From a virus, in the IMG/VR virus record IMGVR_UViG_3300022719_000028, positions 1 to 59,321 of that record: a stretch of DNA of 59,321 nt; one strand, written 5' to 3'. This document shows positions 6,893 to 14,048 of this stretch, in pieces. Made by a program: the position numbers and the translations under genes. Position 1 is the first letter of the stretch; each line of letters starts with the position of its first letter. Below the pieces are notes generated by a model. It was not told the origin of the DNA. It ran no database searches and worked only from the letters and a program-made list of their open reading frames with translations.

Positions 6893-7437
6893 ATCATCTG
6901 CCGGGATTGCGGAAAAAGTTCAAAACGATTTATGCGGATCCACCGTGGCAGTTCAACAACCGAACGGGCAAGGTAGCGCCGGAACATTCGCGGCTTCACC
7001 GTTATTCAACAATGACGTTCAACGAAATTTGCGAAATGCCGGTTGCGAATCATGCGGAAGAAAACGCGCATTTGTATCTTTGGATTCCGAACGCATTGTT
7101 GCCGGAAGGCTTGACCGTTCTTGACGAATGGGGATTTCGTTACGTTTCAAATCTTGTTTGGTTGAAGACTCGAAAAGACGGGCAACCGGACGGGCGCGGC
7201 GTTGGTTTTTACTTCCGGAATACAACCGAAATTTTATTGTTTGGAGTTCGCGGGAAATTGCGAACGCTTCAACCGGGGCGTTCTCAAGTCAACGCGATAA
7301 TGAAAGCGAAGCGGGAACATTCGCGCAAGCCGGATGAATTCTATGATTTGATTGAATCATGTTCGCCGGGGCCGTTTCTGGAATTGTTCGCGCGACACAA
7401 ACGGAAAGGCTGGCGGCAATGGGGCAACGAAATTTGA
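6889..7437 (+). CDS. MT-A70-family N6-adenine DNA methyltransferase
   Basis: IYADPPWQF (DPPW at 6937-6948), LYLW, EHSRKPDEFY. Confidence 0.85.
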   Translation: MNHLPGLRKKFKTIYADPPWQFNNRTGKVAPEHSRLHRYSTMTFNEICEMPVANHAEENAHLYLWIPNALLPEGLTVLDEWGFRYVSNLVWLKTRKDGQPDGRGVGFYFRNTTEILLFGVRGKLRTLQPGRSQVNAIMKAKREHSRKPDEFYDLIESCSPGPFLELFARHKRKGWRQWGNEI

Positions 7438-7976
7438 TCTTGCCGGAAGGGTTTGAATACACCGAAGCCGGGCATGTTGTAACGGAAATCGGTTTGCATA
7501 AACTTCAACTTGCGGCGAAAGCCGGCGTTGCAAGGCAAATCGAATCATATGCCAGAAAATCAAAACCGGCATACGGGGCCGATCATTCTTTGAATTGGCA
7601 AATCGCAATTGAAGGCGTTATTGGCGAATGGATTATTTCAAGAATGTTGGGCATCGAATGGCATGGCAAAGGCGTTCTTGGCGGCCCGGATGTTGGCGAA
7701 GATCTGGAAGTGAGAACATCAGCATACAACAACGGCCGTTTGATACTTCACCCGTTCGACGGGAAACGCGGCGATGATCCGAACCGAATCTTTTGGCTTG
7801 TTACAGGATCGCAACAAACATATTTTGTTCGGGGATGGATTCGGGCGGCTGACGGTCAACGTCAAGAATTCTGGACGAATCCAACGGGCAAAAAGGGGCG
7901 CGATGCGTTCTTTGTTCCGCAAAGCGAATTAAACTTGCCGGGAACTTTTGAGAGGGAAAAAGCAAATGCAATATGA
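7419..7976 (+). CDS. PD-(D/E)XK nuclease-like protein
   Basis: GGPDVGEDLEVRTS resembles the D...ExK/R core of restriction-fold/VRR-NUC nucleases. Overlaps the methyltransferase by 19 nt. Start is ambiguous (7359 or 7419). Confidence 0.4.
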   Translation: MGQRNLILPEGFEYTEAGHVVTEIGLHKLQLAAKAGVARQIESYARKSKPAYGADHSLNWQIAIEGVIGEWIISRMLGIEWHGKGVLGGPDVGEDLEVRTSAYNNGRLILHPFDGKRGDDPNRIFWLVTGSQQTYFVRGWIRAADGQRQEFWTNPTGKKGRDAFFVPQSELNLPGTFEREKANAI

Positions 7977-8148
7977 TCCGAATGAACCGTATCCGATGGA
8001 AGTGATTGATGCGGCCGTGAAACTTCGAAATGAAAAAGGTTGGGGCATGAAAAAGATTGCCCGCAAACTCAAAGTTGATGAAAGCAAATTGCGGCATGAT
8101 TATATGGAATTATTGATTCGCCAACGGGCGGCGGTTCAAGAAAAATGA
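7966..8148 (+). CDS. small helix-turn-helix protein
   Basis: GWGMKKIARKLKVDESKLRH resembles a resolvase/Hin-type HTH. Start 7948 or 7966. Confidence 0.45.
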   Translation: MQYDPNEPYPMEVIDAAVKLRNEKGWGMKKIARKLKVDESKLRHDYMELLIRQRAAVQEK

Positions 8149-8174
8149 TTTGAACTTTTTGAAAGGCTGACACA

Positions 8175-9023
8175 ATGGCAAATCCTCTAAAATGGCACGG
8201 CGGCAAAACGTATCTTGCCGGCGAAATCATCAAACGCTTTCCCGCGCATACGCGCTACGTTGAACCTTACTTCGGCGGCGGGGCCGTTCTCTTTGCAAAG
8301 CCGTTCGAAGGCGTTGCCGAGTATGCGAACGATCTGGATCTTGAGTTGATGAATTTTTGGCGCGTTCTGCAAAACGAATTTCTTGGGCCGTTGTTGATTC
8401 GGCGGTTGAACCTTGAACCGTTTTCAAAGCCGGGGTTCACGGTTGCAAATGCAAAATCGCAATATGCGGATCCGAATTCTTCGCCGGTTTTACGGGCGGC
8501 GAATTTCTTTGTTCGATACCGTCAAAGCCGGCAAGGCTTGGGGAAGGATTTCGCAACGCCAACATCGCGAACGCGGCGCGGAATGAACGAACAAGTTTCG
8601 GCATGGCTTTCGGCGGTTGATGGATTACCGGAAGCGGCGGAACGATTGCGACGGGTTGAAGTTCGCAACGAATCCGCGATTGATTGCATTACCGAACTCG
8701 ATTCGCCGGAAGCTTTGTTCTATCTGGATCCGCCATATCTTCCAGAAACTCGGAAAGCAAAAAAGACATACGGCGAATTTGAAGCAACGGTTGAACATCA
8801 TGAATTGCTTTTGAAAACGTTGGCGGGTATCAAAGGCAAATTCATTCTTTCCGGTTATCCTTCAACGATGTATCGAAAAGCGGCGAAGGCGAACAAATGG
8901 AAATGCGACAAAATAGAAATCGACAACAAAGCAAGTTCGGCGAAGAAAAAAGAAATCAAAACCGAATGCCTTTGGTTTAATTTCAGCCGGCGGGAATTCG
9001 GGAAGGGATTGAAAGCGGAATGA
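8175..9023 (+). CDS. Dam-type (D12 class) N6-adenine DNA methyltransferase
   Basis: KWHGGKTYLAGEI..YVEPYFGGGAVLF (SAM pocket) and FYLDPPY (DPPY at 8727-8738). RBS GAAAGGCTGACACA-ATG. Confidence 0.9.
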   Translation: MANPLKWHGGKTYLAGEIIKRFPAHTRYVEPYFGGGAVLFAKPFEGVAEYANDLDLELMNFWRVLQNEFLGPLLIRRLNLEPFSKPGFTVANAKSQYADPNSSPVLRAANFFVRYRQSRQGLGKDFATPTSRTRRGMNEQVSAWLSAVDGLPEAAERLRRVEVRNESAIDCITELDSPEALFYLDPPYLPETRKAKKTYGEFEATVEHHELLLKTLAGIKGKFILSGYPSTMYRKAAKANKWKCDKIEIDNKASSAKKKEIKTECLWFNFSRREFGKGLKAE

Positions 9024-9778
9024 GAATTTTGATAGTCGGCGCGCCGAAAACAGGAACAACGGCATTGATGGATTCAATCGCCGGAAGTTTAGGTTTCAAA
9101 TGGGAGTTCGAAAAAACCGATTGCGGTTCGGATAATCTTGTGAGAAAAATTCTATTTCATCAATTTGCGGATCGGATGATTGATGAATTTGATCGAATCA
9201 TTTTCACTTGCCGGGATCCTCGCGATAGGTTGATTTCGGCGTTTGTTTATTTCTTGGCGTTCGGGCCGGCAAACATGAAGGGGCCGTTCATCGCGCTTGA
9301 TCTTTTGCAGCGGAAAGAATTCGAACGCGAACTTCCGTTTCATATTTTGTTGCGGGAAGCTTCGCGGCATTGCTTTTTTCATTACTCGTTTTCTGAATTT
9401 GTTGATCGGGATTCGCTGGCGATGATTCGCCGGCATCGCGACAATCCGAAAGTTTGCGTTTTTCATTATCACGATTTAATCAAAACAAACTTTGAAACCG
9501 TTTCGGAGTTGATCGGAAAAAAGATCAAACCGTTTTCCGGGCATTGGTCGCCTATTGCATACCGGGCCGGCGGTTGTGAGTATTGGCGGCGATGGTTCAC
9601 GGAATCGGATCTTGATTATTTTACCGATATCGCGAACGATTGGGCGCGAACTTTTGGATTCGGTTTGGATTGGCGGCTTTCGGATGAAGGCGCGAACGCG
9701 GCGGAAGGATCTGAATGGTTCAAGATCGGCGCGAACAAATGGCGAAAGATAAACGGCGTTCCCGAACTGGAATTTTGA
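9020..9778 (+). CDS. sulfotransferase-family protein
   Basis: GAPKTGTTAL (5'-PSB loop, PKxGTT) and FTCRDPRDRLISAF (3'-PB, RDPxDRxxS). Confidence 0.7.
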   Translation: MRILIVGAPKTGTTALMDSIAGSLGFKWEFEKTDCGSDNLVRKILFHQFADRMIDEFDRIIFTCRDPRDRLISAFVYFLAFGPANMKGPFIALDLLQRKEFERELPFHILLREASRHCFFHYSFSEFVDRDSLAMIRRHRDNPKVCVFHYHDLIKTNFETVSELIGKKIKPFSGHWSPIAYRAGGCEYWRRWFTESDLDYFTDIANDWARTFGFGLDWRLSDEGANAAEGSEWFKIGANKWRKINGVPELEF

Positions 9779-9779
9779 A

Positions 9780-10568
9780 ATGAAAAAAGCGGCTTGCGTT
9801 TTCACGATTGTTCAAGATGAAAGTTTTTTCTTGCGGCTTTGGTTTGAACATTATCTTCAACATTTCGACGCAACCGATCTTTTTGTTATCGATCATAATT
9901 CCATCGAACCGGTTCAAGTTCCGGAAGGCGTGAACGTTATTCGGCTGGAATATGAAACATCGTGGGCGCATGATTGGCTTTGCGAGACGGTTGAAAACTT
10001 CAATCGTTTTTTGCTTGGAACTTATGAAACCGTTTTGTTCGCGGAAGCCGATGAATACTATATCGCGAATCCTCTTTTGACTTCGGCCGCAAAGCTTCCG
10101 GAAGTATTGAACGCGGAACATATCGCAAAGAAACCGGTTTTGCGTTCTCAGGGATTTGATATCGTTCAGATGGTCAACGAAGATCCGCCGGTCGATCCTT
10201 CAAAGCCGATGTTGGGGCAACGTCAATTGATGTTCGCTTCCGATGCCTATTGTAAGCCGTGCGCGGTTCGCGTTCCCGTTCGATGGAATTACGGCTTTCA
10301 TACTTTGAGATCTCGCGATATGGTTACGTTCGTTCCCGAATTGGTTCTTTGTCATTTTCATTACTTTGATGAAGACATTTTGAACGAACGGAACGCATTG
10401 CGGCTTGAACGCAAATGGTGCGAAAAAGCTTTATACGATAACCTCGGAAAACAAAACCGAAACAGTTGCACGGAAGTTCGGAAGGAATTTTTGGAATGGA
10501 AAAAAAAGCGAACAATCATGCGGCCGATTCCGGACGAATGGAAATCGTTGATTCCCGCGTTGCGATAG
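9780..10568 (+). CDS. GT-A glycosyltransferase (Glyco_tranf_2_4 / GT92-like)
   Basis: ACVFTIVQDESFFLRLWFEHYLQHFDATDLFVIDHNS and EADEYY motifs. Confidence 0.5.
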   Translation: MKKAACVFTIVQDESFFLRLWFEHYLQHFDATDLFVIDHNSIEPVQVPEGVNVIRLEYETSWAHDWLCETVENFNRFLLGTYETVLFAEADEYYIANPLLTSAAKLPEVLNAEHIAKKPVLRSQGFDIVQMVNEDPPVDPSKPMLGQRQLMFASDAYCKPCAVRVPVRWNYGFHTLRSRDMVTFVPELVLCHFHYFDEDILNERNALRLERKWCEKALYDNLGKQNRNSCTEVRKEFLEWKKKRTIMRPIPDEWKSLIPALR

Positions 10569-11566
10569 TTGTTCCGTCGAATCGCGTTGATGAAATGTGG
10601 AAGTTCAAAAGCGAATGGGAAAGCGAACACGCAACAATCTTTTGCGTTTGGGATAAGGAAACCAAGCCGGGCCGGTTTACAGATTCGAAAACATTCCGTT
10701 CAATTTCGCATCGCGAAATCAAAGAACAATACGGCGAAGTTTCAAAAATCTTTTCAACCAATGACGGCGGGATCCGCATCGCTGGATTCTTGGAAGCGGC
10801 GCGGGCCGGGGCCGAAGTGATTATTGTTTTAGATGATGATACGCGGCCGCATGGTAGCGTTGCCGATTTCATTGAAGGGCATTGCCAAAACTTACGCGGC
10901 GGATTCCCGCGTTGGATTTCGAGCGCTCCGGGAATTCATCAACGCGGCTTGCCGTATCTTCCGGATATAAAAATTCAAAGGCCCGTTCTTTTGTCCGTTG
11001 GATTATGGCAAGGCGTTCCGGATGTTGACACAATCGAAACGTTCGCGGCATTGCGCCGGAAAATATCGCTTCATTACATACCACCAAAGGGAACGCGCAT
11101 CGTTCCGGCCGGGCAACTGGTAACGCTTTCGGGCATGAACTTCGCTTTCCCTGTTGAGTTTCTACCGGCCGCGTTTTGGCCGAAGCAATCGTTGGAAACG
11201 TTTCAAAGATTTGACGACATTTGGGGCGGCTTCTCAATGCAACTAATCATTGAACAGTTCGGCGGAATTGTGACAACGGGCGAACCGTTCGTTTTGCACG
11301 AACGAAGATCCAGCGCATACGCGAACTTGAAAAAAGAAACGCGCGGCATCATTGCGCATGATGAAGTTTCGCAATTGATCGACGGTTTCGAGAGTCAAGA
11401 AACATCGATTGCAAGAACGGCGTTCGCGTTCGTTGAACATCTGAGAAGAAAAGCCGGAATGATGGATTCGGATGTTGCCGAATACGTCAAGCAATGGGCA
11501 ACGGACTTTGAAGCATGGCTTGAACTATGCAAAAAACTTTTCCAAAAACTTTCCAAAAAAGAATGA
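10538..11566 (+). CDS. GT75 / reversibly-glycosylated-polypeptide (RGP)-like protein
   Basis: VAIVVPSNRVDEMWKFKSEWESEH..IFCVWD and IIVLDDDTRP resemble the RGP/UDP-arabinopyranose-mutase family N-terminus and DDD motif. Start 10496 or 10538. Confidence 0.5.
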   Translation: MEIVDSRVAIVVPSNRVDEMWKFKSEWESEHATIFCVWDKETKPGRFTDSKTFRSISHREIKEQYGEVSKIFSTNDGGIRIAGFLEAARAGAEVIIVLDDDTRPHGSVADFIEGHCQNLRGGFPRWISSAPGIHQRGLPYLPDIKIQRPVLLSVGLWQGVPDVDTIETFAALRRKISLHYIPPKGTRIVPAGQLVTLSGMNFAFPVEFLPAAFWPKQSLETFQRFDDIWGGFSMQLIIEQFGGIVTTGEPFVLHERRSSAYANLKKETRGIIAHDEVSQLIDGFESQETSIARTAFAFVEHLRRKAGMMDSDVAEYVKQWATDFEAWLELCKKLFQKLSKKE

Positions 11567-11649
11567 TATCACATTGACGGGCGGCCGATAAGTGATATCA
11601 TACAGTTGTTGAAGGCAAGGCAACAAAACAAAACGAAAGGCACGGAATT
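11563..11649 (+). promoter_or_regulatory. early promoter/operator/leader cassette, copy 3
   Basis: TGATATCA 11564-11571. TTGACG 11574-11579. TATCAT 11596-11601. Hairpin TTGTTG/CAACAA 11606-11626 with the same AAGGCAAGG loop. GAAAGGCACGGAAT before ATG 11650. Confidence 0.7.
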
Positions 11650-11877
11650 ATGTTTTATATGGTTGGCGGCAAAGTTCCCGTTCAGTACGAAACCGGATAC
11701 AAAGGTTTTCAATTCAAAGTTCTTGAAGTTGTTACAACCGAATCGGCTTCACTGGAAGGAATGAAAGCATACGTTGAACTCGGATACAAAGGCGTTTGCC
11801 GACGCATCGCAACCGCAAACGAATTCTTCGAATTCAGCGAAAACGGCGGCGAAAACTTAACTTTCCAAAAAGTTTGA
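11650..11877 (+). CDS. hypothetical early protein (75 aa)
   Basis: Sits between cassette promoters 3 and 4. Canonical RBS. Confidence 0.6.
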   Translation: MFYMVGGKVPVQYETGYKGFQFKVLEVVTTESASLEGMKAYVELGYKGVCRRIATANEFFEFSENGGENLTFQKV

Positions 11878-11883
11878 AAAAAA

Positions 11884-11971
11884 GTGATATCAGGATTGAC
11901 GGCGGGCCGATAAGTGATATCATATAAACATCTGGCAAACGGCAAGGCAAACAAACGAAAGGCACGGAAAG
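11884..11971 (+). promoter_or_regulatory. early promoter/operator/leader cassette, copy 4
   Basis: TGATATCA 11885-11892. TTGACG 11896-11901. TATCAT 11918-11923. The leader contains GGCAAGGCAA 11941-11950 but has no clean hairpin. Confidence 0.65.
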
Positions 11972-12280
11972 ATGAAAACGGCATTCAGCGAAACTCAAGA
12001 GTTCAAAAAAGTTCAGGCGCTCAAAGCGGCAATTGATTTCGTTCGCGACGAAACGAAAGAAATAACTTCGGACGGTTCGGATATGTCGCCGGAACTTTGC
12101 GTTGTTGAATTCAAAGTTTGTTTCGCTGGCGATGCAAATTCATTTTGCGTTGATTGGTTTCAAGGCGCTGTCACAATGGATCGCGGATTTGAAGGCCGGC
12201 CAACGATTCGCATGTTCGTTCAAACGACACGTTCGGGCGGCTTCTCAGTCAAACGCGAACGCATTAAATCAATGGCATGA
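11972..12280 (+). CDS. hypothetical early protein (102 aa)
   Basis: GAAAGGCACGGAAAG-ATG RBS. Confidence 0.6.
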   Translation: MKTAFSETQEFKKVQALKAAIDFVRDETKEITSDGSDMSPELCVVEFKVCFAGDANSFCVDWFQGAVTMDRGFEGRPTIRMFVQTTRSGGFSVKRERIKSMA

Positions 12281-12291
12281 AAGGCGCGGCA

Positions 12292-12585
12292 ATGACGGTT
12301 GAACTCAACAATCTTTTTGAATTTGAACTTCCGGAATCAATCACAATCAAAACAGGCAAGGCAATGAAACTTTCAAAAGAACAATACAAAGAAACGCTTT
12401 CGGGTTTGGGCGATGCGTTGAACTCTTTTCGTTCGGCGCGTGAACATGAACGCGAAGCGGAAGCGAAGCGGGTTCAATTCTGGATTGATGAATTGGAACC
12501 GGCGGAAATGAAACGCAAAGATCAACGTTTGATCGAAGCGGCAACTCGGAAAATCCGGGAAGCGCGAAAAGCAATTTCAAACTGA
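12292..12585 (+). CDS. hypothetical protein (97 aa, charged/helical)
   Basis: GAAAGGCGCGGCA-ATG places the start at 12292 rather than 12277. Confidence 0.55.
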   Translation: MTVELNNLFEFELPESITIKTGKAMKLSKEQYKETLSGLGDALNSFRSAREHEREAEAKRVQFWIDELEPAEMKRKDQRLIEAATRKIREARKAISN

Positions 12586-12598
12586 AAGGCACGGAAAG

Positions 12599-12940
12599 AT
12601 GATTGACAGAAACGCAAGAATCGTTCGGGCGATTGAAAAAAAGATCGTTCGAAACTTACTGGAAACGATGAAGGCCGAACATGGTTATTGGTTTCGGGTT
12701 TATGATCCGGAACCGGCAACAACGGCAACGCAAAACGTTGATGATGCGATGAACGCGATTTTTGCCGTTGACTCAGCAACCGTTCGTTTTACTGACAATC
12801 CCGAAAGCGGGTATCGCGGTTCGGTTTTGTTGGTTCTCGGAAATGACGGTTGGGATGTTATCTGCGATTATTCGGTTCGGCTTGAAGATGAAATGAAGCC
12901 GATCAACGAATTCGCCGACAACATCGAACAACATATTTGA
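12599..12940 (+). CDS. hypothetical protein (113 aa)
   Basis: GAAAGGCACGGAAAG-ATG RBS. Terminator follows. Confidence 0.6.
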   Translation: MIDRNARIVRAIEKKIVRNLLETMKAEHGYWFRVYDPEPATTATQNVDDAMNAIFAVDSATVRFTDNPESGYRGSVLLVLGNDGWDVICDYSVRLEDEMKPINEFADNIEQHI

Positions 12941-12947
12941 ACGAACG

Positions 12948-12975
12948 CGGCCCGGTTCGCCGGGCCGTTCTTTTA
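12948..12975 (+). terminator. intrinsic terminator
   Basis: CGGCCCGG 12948-12955, TTCG loop, CCGGGCCG 12960-12967, then TTCTTTT. Confidence 0.75.
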
Positions 12976-13006
12976 CTCTCGAATTTATTTTGAAAGGCTG
13001 GCAAAG

Positions 13007-13447
13007 ATGGACGGGCAAAACGGAACGCGAAAAACGCCGAACGTTATGACACAAGAAAACGCGATTGCAATGGCGGCGGCGGCGCTGGCGAATCAATCCG
13101 AAATCCGAAATCGCGCTTGGTTGAACGCGGCGGAAATCGGAAACTTCATTGCCGGTAAAGCGGGGATTGAACCGGATGATTTCAGACCGGCGGCGCATCA
13201 TGTTCACAAAATCTTGAAAGGCGTGAACATCGAATTCACGGCGTTAAACGTCAAGCAAACGGGCGGCGTTGAAACTCGCAAGCGAAACGCGGTTGCATCG
13301 GAACATCTGGATCTTCTCGCGGGGATGTTCAAGGCGTTGCCGAAGCAACAAAAAGAACAGGCCGATTTGTATTTTCGCGAACGCAACGGCGGGAAAGGCG
13401 TTGCCGAATTTCTCGGCATTTCTCAAGATACGCTTTTTCCGAATTGA
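13007..13447 (+). CDS. hypothetical protein (146 aa), possible C-terminal HTH
   Basis: GAAAGGCTGGCAAAG-ATG RBS. GKGVAEFLGISQDTLF looks HTH-like. Confidence 0.55.
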   Translation: MDGQNGTRKTPNVMTQENAIAMAAAALANQSEIRNRAWLNAAEIGNFIAGKAGIEPDDFRPAAHHVHKILKGVNIEFTALNVKQTGGVETRKRNAVASEHLDLLAGMFKALPKQQKEQADLYFRERNGGKGVAEFLGISQDTLFPN

Positions 13448-13459
13448 CAAACGGCAAGT

Positions 13460-13593
13460 TGACGGGAAGAATTGAAACCGTCAGCCGGCGGCGCTTGCCT
13501 TGCCAGAATAGCGCCGTTGCCGTTGCCGGAAGGGGGATTGCTTTGGGGATTCTATTTCCTCAACATTCCGTGCCTACCCTTCCGGCTTTTTTT
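13460..13593 (+). ncRNA. candidate anti-leader small RNA
   Basis: Three hairpins, the last a 10-bp stem 13525-13534/13577-13586 plus T7. Loops carry CTTGCCTTGCC (13494-13504) and CATTCCGTGCCT (13564-13575), exact reverse complements of the two conserved RBS leaders. No credible ORF. Confidence 0.45.
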
Positions 13594-13638
13594 CTGCGCT
13601 GGCGAAAAAGTTTATTTCAAAATCTTTTTGGTTTTTAT

Positions 13639-13746
13639 GTGAATTCACATTGACGGGCGGCCGATAAGTGATATCATTGGCGGCGTTGACAACAGGCGCG
13701 GAAGCCGAATTTCTTTATATGAATCTTTTACGAAAGGCGCGATGCA
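13639..13746 (+). promoter_or_regulatory. early promoter/operator cassette, copy 5 (drives the RHH-csrA-recombination operon)
   Basis: TGAATTCA 13640-13647. TTGACG 13650-13655. TATCAT 13672-13677 (TGATATCA 13669-13676). The leader differs from the other copies (GGCGCGGAAGCC). Confidence 0.65.
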
Positions 13747-14001
13747 ATGGCGAAAGGCCGGGACACAACAACGCTTCACACTCCGGAAGGCTATCTTTCG
13801 GCGGTTGATGAAAATCTTTTGATTGAAGGCGAAAGCCGGGGCGCATTCATCCAACGAATCCTTTGGTTGTTACTGACGGAACGGCTGGAAGTTATTCGCG
13901 ACGATGAAGGCGAAATCATCGACATACAAAAAACGGATCGGAAGCGTTTCAAAAATTATCCGGAACCATTAGTTCGGGGCCGGGCGAAAAAAACGAAGTG
14001 A
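13747..14001 (+). CDS. ribbon-helix-helix (CopG/Arc/MetJ-like) DNA-binding protein candidate
   Basis: TTTLHTPEGYLSAVDENLLIEGESRGAFIQRILWLLL fits a strand-helix-helix pattern. First gene behind promoter 5. Confidence 0.45.
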   Translation: MAKGRDTTTLHTPEGYLSAVDENLLIEGESRGAFIQRILWLLLTERLEVIRDDEGEIIDIQKTDRKRFKNYPEPLVRGRAKKTK

Positions 14002-14048
14002 GCGTTTCACTTTGAATTGATGGATTAGTTTTTTTGAAAGGGAATTCA

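Noticed and set aside
13444-13653. 69-aa + strand ORF covering the anti-leader RNA locus
   Set aside because: It would be translated through a 10-bp-stem/T7 terminator and into the cassette-5 promoter. It has no RBS, and its start codon sits in the stop region of the upstream gene.
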